A stretch of 48,835 bases of DNA from a virus (Duplodnaviria > Heunggongvirae > Uroviricota > Caudoviricetes), in the IMG/VR virus record IMGVR_UViG_2740892051_000004, positions 1 through 48,835 of that record; one strand, given 5' to 3'. The position numbers and the translations under genes are program-made. The notes under the pieces are model-generated. The model did no database searches. It was not told the DNA's origin and was given only the letters and a program-made list of their open reading frames with translations. The stretch's first letter is position 1. Every line of letters begins with the position of its first letter. Shown piece after piece: positions 17,226 through 27,699 of the stretch.

Positions 17226-17765
17226 ATGAGTAACTGGTGGCAGGAACTATTACGTTTCTTCCTGCGTGGTCTTACGCTACAACAGTTAATTCATATGCTT
17301 ATTATTTTAATTGCCTTGATAATAATCACCCCAGCATCAATTAAAGAGTGGGTAGATATAAGGAACCCCGAAATACTTCCAGATCACTGGATGTATTACG
17401 CAATGCTTTTGTGTATCAGTTATGTTCTGAACAGGGTGATGGAGTTTATATTTCTGGCATCTTCAGACAGATATAAAAAATATCTCAGTAAGAGAGATGA
17501 GGCTAAAGTAATTGTGGAGACTGAGAGCCTATTCAATTCTCTGAGTATTCAGGAAAAAGAGGTTTTAGCATTTGCTGTTATGGCAAATAACAAAATCGTA
17601 CTTAAGCACGGCGATCCGGTCGCTTTATCTCTTATGAGAAAAGGCCTTCTCCATCGCTCAGGTGTGACTTACAGCGCGTCAGGTAAAGAGAAATTTGTTA
17701 TACCTGACGTCTGGTTCCATGAGTGTTATATGCGCTTTGCTGGTAAAGCTGATGAGCTAATTTAG
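17226..17765 (+). CDS. sieB: SieB-like superinfection exclusion membrane protein
   Basis: 179 aa; N-terminus 'MSNWWQELLRFFL' and TM segment 'LIHMLIILIALIIITPA' fit recalled SieB family; located between cIII and N. Confidence 0.5.
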   Translation: MSNWWQELLRFFLRGLTLQQLIHMLIILIALIIITPASIKEWVDIRNPEILPDHWMYYAMLLCISYVLNRVMEFIFLASSDRYKKYLSKRDEAKVIVETESLFNSLSIQEKEVLAFAVMANNKIVLKHGDPVALSLMRKGLLHRSGVTYSASGKEKFVIPDVWFHECYMRFAGKADELI

Positions 17766-17787
17766 TTCCTCGACGGCGGGGGGATCG

Positions 17788-18060
17788 TCACCTCGCCGTC
17801 AGTTGTTTTGATTTCCGGTAGCCTGCCGCGTAAATAGCTACGTTTGGCAGGCAAATACTTCCACTGCATTCATCTGCCTTCTTGCAGCAAAGGCTTCCTA
17901 GTGATGCTGCTTTGTCTGCTCTGACGCAACCAGAGAGCTTTAGCGCAATTTTTCGCGCCAGTGCTTCATTACTGCGTCGCTCGGCAATAAGTTCTGCTCT
18001 GCGAGCTTTGTAGCGGCTTTTTGCCGTACCTTTGGATTCTTTCCAGACAATGGTTACCAT
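17788..18060 (-). CDS. N: antitermination protein N (phage 21/P22 type)
   Basis: Start at 'MVTIVWKESKG'; arginine-rich motif 'SRYKARRAELIAERR'; C-terminus 'YAAGYRKSKQLTAR'. Confidence 0.75.
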   Translation of the reverse strand: MVTIVWKESKGTAKSRYKARRAELIAERRSNEALARKIALKLSGCVRADKAASLGSLCCKKADECSGSICLPNVAIYAAGYRKSKQLTAR

Positions 18061-18170
18061 GATGGTCTCCTTTAAGTGGCTTTGGCGCATGACGCGTCGA
18101 GGTGCTTATCTTCTCGATCGCTGTCTTGCAGCTGCAATTCGCGCCATCCCCAAAACCACTCAAGTTCTGG

Positions 18171-18212
18171 TCTCAACGGTTAGGTTGAGAGTCCGTCGAT
18201 GTTAAAGAGCCT
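18171..18212 (-). promoter_or_regulatory. nutL (boxA + boxB)
   Basis: Minus strand GCTCTTTAACA boxA followed by TCTCAAC-CTAACC-GTTGAGA hairpin; same CTAACC loop recurs in nutR. Confidence 0.5.
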
Positions 18213-18249
18213 GCCAATCTGTTCCGTTTGGCTTCCAGCGTCCTGCTGA

Positions 18250-18330
18250 TGGCTTAAATTTAAGACTTCTTAATTTATTGGTCAAGTGCATTTTTGAAGA
18301 AAACTTAATTTTATGGACGTGAATTTAGTT
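18250..18330 (-). promoter_or_regulatory. OL operators / pL region
   Basis: TTAAGA..TCTTAA palindromes shared with OR; TTGACC -35-like on minus strand. Confidence 0.4.
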
Positions 18331-18350
18331 TGTCTTTGATTTTTAACGGG

Positions 18351-18374
18351 AAATAAAAAAGGGGCGAAAGCCCC
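18351..18374 (-). terminator. rho-independent terminator at end of cI
   Basis: GGGGC-tttc-GCCCC hairpin followed by T-run on minus strand. Confidence 0.55.
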
Positions 18375-19025
18375 TTAAGGAAGGTTTGCTAGCTTGGCAT
18401 CAACGACAACGCCAATGATTTTACAGTTCCCATTGATTTCAATCATTGGGTATTGTGGATTGAGTGGTTTCAGGAATTTTCTACCGGCATCAATAACTAA
18501 CTTTTTGAATGTCGCCTCGTTTTCTCCTTCAAGTTTGGCGACTACCAGCTTTCCATTACGTGGTTCGACTTCTGGGTCGACGAGAATAATCATCCCCTCA
18601 GGAATACTCAGTCCTGCCGGGGCAGTCATTGAATCGCCTTTAACGTCGAGCCAAAAAGAGTCTTCAGAACAATCTACCGTTGTGTCGTACCAGTTATCTA
18701 TTGCACGCCTATGATATGGCTCTACAGCTTCCATCCAACATCCTGCGCTTACCCAACTAATTAGAGGATACGAACCTCTTGGATCATGCCTGCTGTGATA
18801 GGCAATGTTTGAAAGACTATCCTCTCCTTTCAACAGGTAATCAGGGGAGCACTGCAAAGCCTTGGCTAAGGCCAATAGGTTTTCGCCATTGGGCTCAGTT
18901 TCAGATCGCTCCCATTGGGAAATAGCAACATTAGACACGCCAACCATCTTGCCAAGGGCAGCCTGCCTAATCTTGAGTTCTTTTCTGCGAGCGCGAATAC
19001 GCTCACCCATCAGTTGTGTATTCAT
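18375..19025 (-). CDS. cI: CI-type repressor (HTH + S24 LexA-like peptidase)
   Basis: N-terminal HTH 'LKIRQAALGKMVGVSNVAISQWE'; 'SAG' cleavage region; 'KGDSM' Ser and 'KLVVAK' Lys dyad. Confidence 0.85.
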   Translation of the reverse strand: MNTQLMGERIRARRKELKIRQAALGKMVGVSNVAISQWERSETEPNGENLLALAKALQCSPDYLLKGEDSLSNIAYHSRHDPRGSYPLISWVSAGCWMEAVEPYHRRAIDNWYDTTVDCSEDSFWLDVKGDSMTAPAGLSIPEGMIILVDPEVEPRNGKLVVAKLEGENEATFKKLVIDAGRKFLKPLNPQYPMIEINGNCKIIGVVVDAKLANLP

Positions 19026-19105
19026 AGTTAAGACATCTTAAATAAACTTGACTTAAGATTCCTTTGGTGGATAATTTAAGTGTTCTTTAATTTCGGAGCG
19101 AGTCT
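19026..19105. promoter_or_regulatory. OR operators with pR/pRM
   Basis: Three TTAAGA-containing palindromes; TTGACT-N16-GATAAT promoter reading into cro. Confidence 0.5.
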
Positions 19106-19291
19106 ATGTACAAAAAAGATGTTATTGACCACTTCGGAACCCAGCGTGCTGTTGCTAAAGCACTAGGCATTAGCGATGCAGCAGTCTCTCAGTGGAAAGA
19201 AGTTATCCCAGAGAAAGACGCCTATCGATTGGAAATCGTTACAGCTGGCGCCCTGAAGTATCAAGAAAGTGCTTACCGCCAAGCGGCATAA
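19106..19291 (+). CDS. cro: Cro-type repressor
   Basis: 61 aa HTH 'RAVAKALGISDAAVSQW' divergent from cI. Confidence 0.75.
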   Translation: MYKKDVIDHFGTQRAVAKALGISDAAVSQWKEVIPEKDAYRLEIVTAGALKYQESAYRQAA

Positions 19292-19297
19292 GCAAAT

Positions 19298-19338
19298 TGC
19301 TCTTTAACAGTTCTGGCCTTTCACCTCTAACCGGGTGA
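19298..19338 (+). promoter_or_regulatory. nutR (boxA + boxB)
   Basis: TGCTCTTTAACA boxA then TCACC-TCTAACCG-GGTGA hairpin. Confidence 0.45.
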
Positions 19339-19406
19339 GCAAACATCAGCGGCAAATCCATTGGGTGTGCCGCTATAACTCAATATCAATATAGGTAAAT
19401 TAACAA

Positions 19407-19703
19407 ATGGCACAAGCAAGCTACAGCAAGCCAACACAGCGAGAAATTGATCGCGCTGAAACTGATTTACTCATCAACCTGTCAACGCTTACCCAGCGCG
19501 GTCTGGCAAAGATGATTGGCTGTCATGAATCGAAGATAAGCAGAACGGACTGGAGATTTATTGCTTCGGTCTTGTGTGCTTTCGGAATGGCATCAGACAT
19601 CAGTCCGATTAGCAGGGCTTTTAAGTATGCGCTTGATGAAATCACAAAGAAAAAATCCCCGGCCGCCACCGAGGATTTTAAGCAAATTGATATGCAATTC
19701 TGA
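19407..19703 (+). CDS. cII: CII transcriptional activator
   Basis: 98 aa; C-terminus 'KKKSPAATEDFKQIDMQF' closely matches lambda CII. Confidence 0.8.
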   Translation: MAQASYSKPTQREIDRAETDLLINLSTLTQRGLAKMIGCHESKISRTDWRFIASVLCAFGMASDISPISRAFKYALDEITKKKSPAATEDFKQIDMQF

Positions 19704-19883
19704 GGGAATTACTGGATCAATCCACAGGAGTAATTATGACAAAACGTCGTAAGAAATACCAGGAAAAAGAAGAGATTCGACACCCTGATTCACCTGAGGG
19801 ATTAGTGGTAGCCGCAGCAAATAACAGGGCGTTCGCAGAGCGCCTTGTTGGTGTTTACAGACTAGCCAAAGCAGGAGTGAAAC

Positions 19884-20714
19884 ATGGGCGTCGTTAAGTT
19901 AGCTGATTACAGGCCTCAACTGGAGGTCGTGGAGCATCGCGTGGCAGAACTCGAAGATGGCTACACTCGGACTGCAAACACACTGTTAGAAGCCGCCATG
20001 CTTTCTGGACTTACTCTACATCAGTTACTGATTGTTATGGCTGTGTGGCGCAAGACATACGGTTACAACAAAAAAATAGATTGGATCGGAAACGAACAGT
20101 TCGCTGAACTCACTGGCATGGCACCAACCAAATGCTCTACCGCCAAAAACGAGCTTATCAGAATGGGAGTTCTCATTCAGGTGGGGCGTCAAGTTGGTAT
20201 GAATACAAACATTTCCGAGTGGAAAACGAAAGTTAACGGATTCGGTAAAACATTTACCAATTCGGTAAAACAAACCTTCACCAAATCGGTAAAAAGCAAT
20301 TTACCGAATCAGTCAAACACAAAAGACAATATACAAAAGACAATAAATACAAATACCCCCTTACCCCCTAGCGGGGGTGGTGATGGGCAGGTTAAACCTG
20401 AACGTCGCAAGGCAGAACGAATCGACTACGAATCCTTCCTGAACGCCTACAACACCGAAGTCGGTGACAGACTGCCACACGCTGTTGCGGTCAACGAGAA
20501 ACGCAAACGCCGCCTGAAGAAAATCATCCCGCAACTGAAAACGCCAAACGTGGACGGTTTCAGAGCGTATGTCAGGGCGTTTGTGCATCAGGCCAAGCCG
20601 TTTTACTTCGGAGACAACGACACGGGCTGGACGGCAGATTTTGATTACCTGCTGAGGGAAGACTCGTTAACGGGAGTTCGGGAAGGGAAGTTTGCAGACA
20701 GGGGGATTGCATGA
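19884..20714 (+). CDS. O: replication initiator O
   Basis: 276 aa in O position; internal repeat '[16 protein letters not shown]' encoded by iterons. Confidence 0.8.
   Translation: MGVVKLADYRPQLEVVEHRVAELEDGYTRTANTLLEAAMLSGLTLHQLLIVMAVWRKTYGYNKKIDWIGNEQFAELTGMAPTKCSTAKNELIRMGVLIQVGRQVGMNTNISEWKTKVNGFGKTFTNSVKQTFTKSVKSNLPNQSNTKDNIQKTINTNTPLPPSGGGDGQVKPERRKAERIDYESFLNAYNTEVGDRLPHAVAVNEKRKRRLKKIIPQLKTPNVDGFRAYVRAFVHQAKPFYFGDNDTGWTADFDYLLREDSLTGVREGKFADRGIA
20238..20360 (+). repeat. replication origin: iterons plus AT-rich tract inside O gene
   Basis: Three direct TCGGTAAAA(C/A)A repeats plus inverted copy, followed by A-rich stretch. Confidence 0.5.
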
Positions 20715-22087
20715 GACAGGATATCGAAGCGAGCGTTATCGGTGGACTGCTGATTGGTGGATTAACACCAACCGCCAGCGACGTTCTGGCAACGCTGGAG
20801 CCGGAAGCGTTTTCAATTCCGCTCTACCGGAAAGCCTTCGAGGTTATCCGCAAGCAGGCGAGAAACAGAAACCTAATCGATGCGCTGATGGTTGCCGAGG
20901 CGTGCGGAGAGGAGCATTTCACGTCAATCCTGATGACCAGTAAGAACTGCCCGAGTGCCGCAAACCTGAAGGGATATGCCGGAATGGTCGCGGATAACTA
21001 TCACCGCCGTCTGGTGCTGGAAATCATGGATGAAATGCGTGAACCAATTCAGAGCGGAACCATCGACGCATCGAGTCAGGCGATGGATGAACTTGTAAAA
21101 CGTCTCTCAGCTATCAGAAAGCCCCGTGACGAGGTTAAACCTGTACGGTTAGGGGAAATCATCACTGACTACACTGACACGCTTGACAGGCGTCTGAGGA
21201 ACGGAGAAGAGTCAGATACCCTGAAGACCGGAATCGAAGAACTTGATGCCATCACCGGAGGGATGAACGCGGAAGACCTTGTGATAATCGCTGCTCGTCC
21301 TGGTATGGGGAAAACCGAACTGGCGCTGAAGATTGCCGAAGGCGTTGCAAGCCGCGTTATTCCTGGTTCTGACGTCCGGCGCGGGGTATTGATTTTCTCA
21401 ATGGAAATGAGCGCATTGCAGATTGCAGAGCGAAGCATTGCCAACGCTGGGAGGATGTCGGTTAGCGTGCTGCGAAATCCTGCATCGATGGATGACGAGG
21501 GCTGGGCACGTGTTGCTAACGGCATGAGTCAGCTTGCAGATTTGGATGTATGGGTAGTCGATGCCTCGCGGTTATCGGTCGAAGAAATACGCTCAATCGC
21601 AGAACGGCACAAACAGGAAAATCCAAACCTCTCACTCATCATGGCGGATTATCTTGGCCTGATTGAGAAGCCGAAAGCAGACCGCAACGACCTCGCAATT
21701 GCTCACATCTCCGGAAGCCTGAAGGCGATGGCGAAAGACCTGAAAACGCCTGTTATCTCCCTAAGTCAGCTTTCACGCGATGTTGAGAAGCGACCAAACA
21801 AACGCCCGACAAACGCAGATTTGCGTGATTCAGGAAGCATTGAGCAGGACGCAGACTCAATCATCATGCTCTATCGGGAAGCGGTATATGACGAGAACAG
21901 TAGCGCCGCGCCATTTGCTGAAATCATTGTGACGAAAAACCGTTTTGGCTCGCTTGGTACGGTTTACCAGCGGTTCTGCAACGGACACTTTGTTGCGTGT
22001 GACCAGGATGAAGCCAGACAGATTTGCACAGCATCAAATGCACCTGCTGCGCGTGGCAGACGATATGCACAAGGGGCTGACGTATGA
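20711..22087 (+). CDS. DnaB-like replicative helicase
   Basis: 458 aa; Walker A 'ARPGMGKTE'; translationally coupled to O. Confidence 0.85.
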   Translation: MRQDIEASVIGGLLIGGLTPTASDVLATLEPEAFSIPLYRKAFEVIRKQARNRNLIDALMVAEACGEEHFTSILMTSKNCPSAANLKGYAGMVADNYHRRLVLEIMDEMREPIQSGTIDASSQAMDELVKRLSAIRKPRDEVKPVRLGEIITDYTDTLDRRLRNGEESDTLKTGIEELDAITGGMNAEDLVIIAARPGMGKTELALKIAEGVASRVIPGSDVRRGVLIFSMEMSALQIAERSIANAGRMSVSVLRNPASMDDEGWARVANGMSQLADLDVWVVDASRLSVEEIRSIAERHKQENPNLSLIMADYLGLIEKPKADRNDLAIAHISGSLKAMAKDLKTPVISLSQLSRDVEKRPNKRPTNADLRDSGSIEQDADSIIMLYREAVYDENSSAAPFAEIIVTKNRFGSLGTVYQRFCNGHFVACDQDEARQICTASNAPAARGRRYAQGADV

Positions 22088-22142
22088 CCATCTACATCAC
22101 TGAGCTTGTAACAGGCCTGCTGGTAATCGCAGGCCTTTTTAT

Positions 22143-22343
22143 TTGGGGGAGAGGGAAGTCATGAATCTGGACGAGCAAGATGCACAAACTATTAGCTCAT
22201 ACATAAGGGCATCAAGACCAGATTACAAAGGTCCGGTATTCGTAGATTTATCTCGCCTTGAAGAGATTTACATGTGGAAAGCAAGGTTACTTACGCATTT
22301 TGTTATTCGAACGATGACTAGCAACATTACAAAACCAATGTAA
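22143..22343 (+). CDS. hypothetical nin-region protein
   Basis: 66 aa ORF. Confidence 0.4.
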   Translation: MGEREVMNLDEQDAQTISSYIRASRPDYKGPVFVDLSRLEEIYMWKARLLTHFVIRTMTSNITKPM

Positions 22344-22352
22344 CTGGAAGAG

Positions 22353-22574
22353 GTGAATATGAGCACACTCGCAGACCTTATTCATGCCGATATGGCTGAA
22401 GATGGAGCAAGGCGTAATAGGTACTGGAAATCATCGAGACTTCCAGTTTGTGAAAGATTCAACCACAGGCCAAAACCAAAACGTAGCCGACGAGACAAAG
22501 TGTTGAAAAAACTCATGCAAATTAACATGGCTGGTTTTGTCAGATTCGTGAGTGAAACGACTAACGGGGATTGA
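22353..22574 (+). CDS. hypothetical nin-region protein (basic)
   Basis: 73 aa ORF. Confidence 0.4.
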   Translation: MNMSTLADLIHADMAEDGARRNRYWKSSRLPVCERFNHRPKPKRSRRDKVLKKLMQINMAGFVRFVSETTNGD

Positions 22575-22575
22575 T

Positions 22576-22932
22576 ATGGACGAATCAAGAAAGCAGTTTG
22601 AGGAATACGTTGCCAAAAAATTGAGATTACCATTCGAGATGATAACCGAGGCAAGAAATGGTGATAGGTACTTCGCATTTTCAAGCATGGATATTCGTCA
22701 CTCCTTAAATGAGTGGTGGACTTTATGGCAGGCATCGCGAGCAGCTATTGAACTGGATATCGACTGGCCAGAATCGAATGACGACTTTTGGAAAGATGGT
22801 GAAGAAGGTGCTTATGCGATGGGTTATGAGGATGGGCGTGACAAAACGGTAATTGCAGTAATGAAAGCTATCAGAGCCGCTGGAATTAAAGAGAAGAATT
22901 TCGATGAAGCAAACAATCTTCCTCCGAAGTAA
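22576..22932 (+). CDS. hypothetical nin-region protein
   Basis: Start set at internal Met 'MDESRKQ' of track ORF 22552..22932. Confidence 0.5.
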   Translation: MDESRKQFEEYVAKKLRLPFEMITEARNGDRYFAFSSMDIRHSLNEWWTLWQASRAAIELDIDWPESNDDFWKDGEEGAYAMGYEDGRDKTVIAVMKAIRAAGIKEKNFDEANNLPPK

Positions 22933-23314
22933 GCAACAACAGCAAGCCGCAATCAACACCATCCTCGCAACACCACTCGATAAAGACAAGCCAGTCACCA
23001 TCCGCATTACTGACTACAAGCGCAACCTTGACCAGAACGCAAAATTTCACGCGATGGTCGCAGATATCGCTAGGCAAGTTCAGTGGCGCGATAAATGGTT
23101 AAAACCAGAACAATGGAAGGTTTTGTTGATCAGCGGTCATGCAGTGGCAACAAAACAGGAAGCTGATGTTTTGCCAGGCCTTGAAGGCGAATACGTCAAC
23201 ATTCGCGAAAGCAGCGCGCAGATGAGCGTGAAGCGTATGGCAAGTCTGATCGAGTACACAACAGCCTGGGCTATTGGTCAGGGTGTCAGATTTACCGACA
23301 GGAGGTACGAATGA
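22904..23314 (+). CDS. ninB: NinB recombination protein
   Basis: 136 aa; blocks '[19 protein letters not shown]' align with lambda NinB. Confidence 0.8.
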   Translation: MKQTIFLRSKQQQQAAINTILATPLDKDKPVTIRITDYKRNLDQNAKFHAMVADIARQVQWRDKWLKPEQWKVLLISGHAVATKQEADVLPGLEGEYVNIRESSAQMSVKRMASLIEYTTAWAIGQGVRFTDRRYE

Positions 23315-23487
23315 GACGACAGCGACGAAGTTTCACCGACATCACCTGCGAAAACTGCAAATACCTTCCAACGAAACGCTCCAGAAATAAACGCAAGCCA
23401 ATCCCAAAAGAATCTGACGTAAAAACCTTCAATTACACGGCTCACCTGTGGGATATCCGGTGGCTAAGACATCGTGCGAGGAAATGA
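23311..23487 (+). CDS. ninE: NinE
   Basis: 58 aa '[23 protein letters not shown]...' near-identical to lambda NinE; below track size cutoff. Confidence 0.7.
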   Translation: MRRQRRSFTDITCENCKYLPTKRSRNKRKPIPKESDVKTFNYTAHLWDIRWLRHRARK

Positions 23488-23849
23488 CAATGGATTATTC
23501 ACAGTTAAGTGATTTTGAAATTAACGTGGCTGTATTCGAAGCTATTCATAACGGATCACCGGATTACAAAGAAGGTGAGAATGGCGATATGGTGTTTGTC
23601 TCATTTGAGGGAGACATTGTAAACGGAGACGCAGTTGAAGTAGAAGTTGAGCGCGGTTCCTTTAACCCATGCGCAAACCCAGCAGACGCATGGCCGATTA
23701 TTGAAAAATACAGGATTAGCATTATCAATCTCGATGAAGACGAGTGGGGTGCACGCGGTGTGGCCTACTGTAAATCTAAGCGAGCTATACATGAAAATCC
23801 CCTCCGCGCCGCCATGATTGTCTTTCTCATGATGCAGAGAATCCAATAA
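23484..23849 (+). CDS. hypothetical nin-region protein
   Basis: Start 'MTMDYSQ' overlapping ninE stop (ATGA). Confidence 0.5.
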   Translation: MTMDYSQLSDFEINVAVFEAIHNGSPDYKEGENGDMVFVSFEGDIVNGDAVEVEVERGSFNPCANPADAWPIIEKYRISIINLDEDEWGARGVAYCKSKRAIHENPLRAAMIVFLMMQRIQ

Positions 23850-24025
23850 TGCTTAGCCCATCCCAATCCATTCAATACCAGAAAGAAAGCGTCGAGCGAG
23901 CTTTAACGTGCGCTAACTGCGGTCAGAAGCTGCATGTGCTGGAAGTTCACGTGTGTGAGCACTGCTGCGCAGAACTGATGAGCGATCCGAATAGCTCAAT
24001 GTACGAGGAAGAAGACGATGGCTAA
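23849..24025 (+). CDS. ninF: NinF (zinc-finger-like)
   Basis: 58 aa '[40 protein letters not shown]' matches lambda NinF. Confidence 0.7.
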   Translation: MLSPSQSIQYQKESVERALTCANCGQKLHVLEVHVCEHCCAELMSDPNSSMYEEEDDG

Positions 24026-24629
24026 ACCAGCGCGAAGACGATGTAAAAACGATGAATGTCGGGAATGGTTTCACCCTGCATTCGCTAATCAGTGGTGGTG
24101 CTCTCCAGAGTGTGGAACCAAGATAGCACTCGAACGACGAAGCAAAGAACGCGAAAAAGCGGAAAAAGCAGCAGAGAAGAAACGACGACGAGAGGAGCAG
24201 AAACAGAAAGATAAACTTAAGATTCGAAAACTCGCCTTAAAGCCCCGCAGTTACTGGATTAAACAAGCCCAACAAGCCGTAAACTCCTTCATCAGAGAAA
24301 GAGACCGCGACTTACCATGTATCTCGTGCGGAACGCTCACGTCTGCTCAGTGGGATGCCGGACATTACCGGACAACTGCTGCGGCACCTCAACTCCGATT
24401 TGATGAACGCAATATTCACAAGCAATGCGTGGTTTGCAACCAGCACAAAAGCGGAAATCTCGTTCCGTATCGCGTCGAACTGATTAATCGCATCGGGCAG
24501 GAAGCAGTAGACGAAATCGAATCAAACCATAACCGCCATCGCTGGACTGTCGAAGAGTGCAAGGCGATCAAGGCAGAGTACCAGCAGAAACTCAAAGACC
24601 TGCGAAATAGCAGAAGTGAGGCCGCATGA
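24018..24629 (+). CDS. ninG: NinG (Rap) recombination endonuclease
   Basis: 203 aa with Cys-rich motifs matching lambda NinG. Confidence 0.85.
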   Translation: MAKPARRRCKNDECREWFHPAFANQWWCSPECGTKIALERRSKEREKAEKAAEKKRRREEQKQKDKLKIRKLALKPRSYWIKQAQQAVNSFIRERDRDLPCISCGTLTSAQWDAGHYRTTAAAPQLRFDERNIHKQCVVCNQHKSGNLVPYRVELINRIGQEAVDEIESNHNRHRWTVEECKAIKAEYQQKLKDLRNSRSEAA

Positions 24630-24832
24630 CGTTCTCAGTAAAAACCATTCCAGACATGCTCGTTGAAGCATACGGAAACCAGACAGAAGTAGCACGCAGA
24701 CTGAAATGTAGTCGCGGTACGGTCAGAAAATACGTTGATGATAAAGACGGGAAAATGCACGCCATCGTCAACGACGTTCTTATGGTTCATCGCGGATGGA
24801 GTGAAAGAGATGCGCTATTACGAAAGAATTGA
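24626..24832 (+). CDS. ninH: NinH
   Basis: 68 aa '[26 protein letters not shown]' matches lambda NinH. Confidence 0.8.
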   Translation: MTFSVKTIPDMLVEAYGNQTEVARRLKCSRGTVRKYVDDKDGKMHAIVNDVLMVHRGWSERDALLRKN

Positions 24833-25481
24833 TGGCAGCAAATACCGAAATATTTGGGTAGTTGGCGATCTGCACGGATGCTACACGAACCTGATGAAAA
24901 AACTGGAGACAATTGGATTCGACACCAAAAAAGACCTGCTTATCTCGGTTGGCGATTTGGTCGATCGCGGTACAGAGAACGTCGAATGCCTGGAATTAAT
25001 CACATTCCCCTGGTTCAGAGCTGTACGTGGAAACCATGAGCAAATGATGATTGATGGCTTATCAGAGCGCGGAAACGTCAATCACTGGATGCTTAATGGC
25101 GGTGGCTGGTTCTTTAATCTCAATTACGACAAAGAAATTCTGGCTAAAGCTCTTGCCCATAAAGCAGAAGAACTTCCGTTAATCATCGAACTGGTGAGCA
25201 AAGATAAAAAATACGTCATCTGCCACGCCGATTATCCCTGTGACGAATACGAGTTTGGAAAGCCAGTTGATCATCAGCAGGTAATCTGGAACCGCGAACG
25301 AATCAGCAACTCACAAGACGGGATCGTGAAAGAAATCAAAGGCGCGGACACGTTCATCTTTGGTCATACGCCAGCAGTGAAACCACTCAAGTTTGCCAAC
25401 CAGATGTATATCGATACCGGCGCAGTGTTCTGCGGAAACCTCACATTGATTCAGGTACAGGGAGAAGGCGCATGGGCATAA
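24810..25481 (+). CDS. serine/threonine protein phosphatase (lambda NinI / PP-lambda type)
   Basis: Metallophosphatase motifs 'GDLHG', 'GDLVDRG', 'RGNHE'; start at internal Met 'MRYYERI'. Confidence 0.8.
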   Translation: MRYYERIDGSKYRNIWVVGDLHGCYTNLMKKLETIGFDTKKDLLISVGDLVDRGTENVECLELITFPWFRAVRGNHEQMMIDGLSERGNVNHWMLNGGGWFFNLNYDKEILAKALAHKAEELPLIIELVSKDKKYVICHADYPCDEYEFGKPVDHQQVIWNRERISNSQDGIVKEIKGADTFIFGHTPAVKPLKFANQMYIDTGAVFCGNLTLIQVQGEGAWA

Positions 25482-25990
25482 GAGAACTAAACCTCACCAA
25501 AGAGCAGCACGAGTGGCTGAATGGCTGGCTTGAACTGTGGGGCGCATGGGTTTATTCAGGTCGTCTGGAAAAGCGCATGAGCAGCGTAATAGCGAAGTTC
25601 ATGGAGAGCGTAGAGCCGGGAAGAGTTATGACAAGGCCAATGTGCAATGATGATGATGGAATGTTGATTTCTCAGGTCGTCGATTCCGTCATGTACATTG
25701 ACAAAAAAGCCTTTGGCATCCTCCTCAGCTACTACGCTCATGGTTCATCTAAGCGAGCAATTGCATCCTACTATCACGCGACTGCAAAGCCACGCAAGAT
25801 GTGTGGACGTGGTGGCGAGAGATGGAGAAAACCTTCACTGGCAACCTGTAGAAACGAAATTGACGACATCCTGAAAGCGTCGTTATTTGTTTTGTACCAG
25901 CCAATGCAAAATGCTTTTAAAATGCGTAAACGTGTTGAGAAAGTTAAGCATGTTGCTGTTAAAAGCCTTGACATGCAATTATCCATTTAG
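25472..25990 (+). CDS. Q: late antiterminator Q
   Basis: 172 aa; 'LELWGAW' and Cys/Asp-rich '[10 protein letters not shown]' typical of Q-family; followed by promoter, terminator and lysis genes. Confidence 0.7.
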   Translation: MGIRELNLTKEQHEWLNGWLELWGAWVYSGRLEKRMSSVIAKFMESVEPGRVMTRPMCNDDDGMLISQVVDSVMYIDKKAFGILLSYYAHGSSKRAIASYYHATAKPRKMCGRGGERWRKPSLATCRNEIDDILKASLFVLYQPMQNAFKMRKRVEKVKHVAVKSLDMQLSI

Positions 25991-25997
25991 CCATAAT
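25968..25997 (+). promoter_or_regulatory. candidate late promoter pR'
   Basis: TTGACA-N18-CATAAT at end of Q gene. Confidence 0.35.
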
Positions 25998-26007
25998 TAG
26001 AAGGTAA

Positions 26008-26050
26008 GCTGCCGTTAGTGACTCTTAAGTTGCAACGGTGGCTTTTTTTA
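26008..26050 (+). terminator. candidate tR' terminator
   Basis: Imperfect hairpin followed by TTTTTTTATTT. Confidence 0.4.
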
Positions 26051-26053
26051 TTT

Positions 26054-26128
26054 GGGTCAGTCGTATAAAGGTCATTACGGAAGGCTGTTAACCTTCTTAT
26101 CGTGGTTCGAGTCCACGCTGTCCCGCCA
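26054..26128 (+). tRNA. tRNA, anticodon GTT (Asn), hand-folded
   Basis: Acceptor stem with one mismatch, D-loop GG, anticodon loop CTGTTAA, T-arm CGTGG-TTCGAGT-CCACG, 3' CCA encoded. Confidence 0.55.
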
Positions 26129-26133
26129 AACAT

Positions 26134-26209
26134 GCTGGTTTAGCTCCAATGGTAGAGCAGTCGCCTTGTAAGCGAATGGGTAGCGGTTCAAGTCCGTTAA
26201 CCAGCACCA
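26134..26209 (+). tRNA. tRNA-Thr (anticodon TGT), hand-folded
   Basis: Acceptor GCTGGTT/AACCAGC, D-arm GCTC-CAATGGT-AGAGC, anticodon loop CTTGTAA, T-loop TTCAAGT, CCA encoded. Confidence 0.65.
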
Positions 26210-26451
26210 TAACTGAGCCGTAGCCACTGGCTATCCTGAATTCATCAGTGATAGTTACGCTGCGGCATTCTACGCATGACCTTCGTGAAAGCGGGTGGCA
26301 AGAGGCTGCGCTAACAACCTCATGCCGTTTTGCCCGTGCATATCGGTCACGAACAAATCTGATTACTAAACACAGTAGCCTGGATTTGTTCTATCAGTAA
26401 TCGACCTTATTCCTAATTAAATAGAGCAAATCCCCTTATTGGGGGTAAGAC

Positions 26452-26775
26452 ATGAAGATGCCAGAAAAACATGACCTGTTAGCCGCCATTCTCGCGGCAA
26501 AGGAACAAGGCATCGGGGCAATCCTTGCGTTTGCAATGGCGTACCTTCGCGGCAGATATAATGGCGGTGCGTTTACAAAAACAGTAATCGACGCAACGAT
26601 GTGCGCCATTATCGCCTGGTTCATTCGTGACCTTCTCGACTTCGCCGGACTAAGTAGCAATCTCGCTTATATAACGAGCGTGTTCATCGGCTACATCGGT
26701 ACTGACTCGATTGGTTCGCTTATCAAACGCTTCGCTGCTAAAAAAGCCGGAGTAGAAGATGGTGGAAATCAATAA
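26452..26775 (+). CDS. S: holin S (lambda type, dual-start MKM)
   Basis: 107 aa essentially identical to recalled lambda S. Confidence 0.9.
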   Translation: MKMPEKHDLLAAILAAKEQGIGAILAFAMAYLRGRYNGGAFTKTVIDATMCAIIAWFIRDLLDFAGLSSNLAYITSVFIGYIGTDSIGSLIKRFAAKKAGVEDGGNQ

Positions 26776-27235
26776 TCAACGTAAGGCGTTCCTCGATATG
26801 CTGGCGTGGTCAGAGGGAACTGATAACGGACGGCAGAAAACCAGAAATCATGGTTATGACGTCATTGTAGGAGGAGAGCTATTCACTGATTACTCCGATC
26901 ACCCTCGCAAACTTGTCACGCTAAACCCAAAGCTCAAATCAACAGCCGCCGGACGTTACCAGCTTCTTTCACGTTGGTGGGATGCCTACCGCAAGCAACT
27001 TGGCCTGAAAGACTTCTCTCCGAAAAGCCAGGACGCTGTGGCATTGCAACAGATTAAAGAGCGTGGCGCTTTACCGATGATTGATCGCGGTGATATCCGT
27101 CAGGCAATCGACCGTTGCAGCAATATCTGGGCTTCACTGCCGGGCGCTGGTTATGGTCAGTTCGAGCATAAGGCTGACAGCCTGATTGCAAAATTCAAAG
27201 AAGCTGGCGGAACGGTAAGAGAGATTGAGGCATGA
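26759..27235 (+). CDS. R: endolysin R (lytic transglycosylase)
   Basis: 158 aa near-identical to lambda R. Confidence 0.9.
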   Translation: MVEINNQRKAFLDMLAWSEGTDNGRQKTRNHGYDVIVGGELFTDYSDHPRKLVTLNPKLKSTAAGRYQLLSRWWDAYRKQLGLKDFSPKSQDAVALQQIKERGALPMIDRGDIRQAIDRCSNIWASLPGAGYGQFEHKADSLIAKFKEAGGTVREIEA

Positions 27236-27699
27236 GCAGAGTAACCGCGATTATCTCCGCTCTGATTATCTGCATCATCGTCTGCCTGTCGTGGGCTGTT
27301 AATCATTACCGTGATAACGCCATCGCCTACAAAGAACAGCGAGATAAAAAAGTCAGTGAGCTGAAGCAGGCGACCGCCACCATTACTGACATGCAGCAAC
27401 GCCAGCGTGCTGCTGATGCACTCGATGCTAAATACACGAAGGAGTTAGCTGATGCGAAAGCTGAAAATGATGCTCTTCGGCGCAAGCTTGATAATGGTGG
27501 CAGGGTGCTCGTCAAAGGAAAATGCCCTGTGCCATCCTCAGCCGAAACCTCCGGCGCCTCCGGCATGGGCAATGATGCCACCGTCGAACTCTCTCCAGTT
27601 GCTGGACGAAACGTTCTCGGTGTCCGGGACGGAATTATCCGCGACCAAACAGCACTGAGAACGCTTCAGGAATACATCAGGACGCAATGCCTTCGATGA
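27232..27699 (+). CDS. Rz: i-spanin Rz
   Basis: N-terminal TM '[18 protein letters not shown]', coiled-coil body, lambda Rz-like. Confidence 0.85.
   Translation: MSRVTAIISALIICIIVCLSWAVNHYRDNAIAYKEQRDKKVSELKQATATITDMQQRQRAADALDAKYTKELADAKAENDALRRKLDNGGRVLVKGKCPVPSSAETSGASGMGNDATVELSPVAGRNVLGVRDGIIRDQTALRTLQEYIRTQCLR
27452..27658 (+). CDS. Rz1: o-spanin Rz1 lipoprotein embedded in Rz (+1 frame)
   Basis: Signal/lipobox 'LIMVAGCSS', Pro-rich mature region; nested as in lambda. Confidence 0.6.
   Translation: MRKLKMMLFGASLIMVAGCSSKENALCHPQPKPPAPPAWAMMPPSNSLQLLDETFSVSGTELSATKQH

Noticed and set aside
19680-19890. Small ORF (about 49 aa, 'MTKRRKKYQEKEE...') between cII and O
   Set aside because: Plausible with an AGGAG RBS, but my hand-counted coordinates disagree by one base with the ORF track in this stretch, so I did not commit it as a feature
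26210-26450. Toxin or other cargo genes between the tRNAs and holin
   Set aside because: Only about 240 bp with no ORF; site is empty
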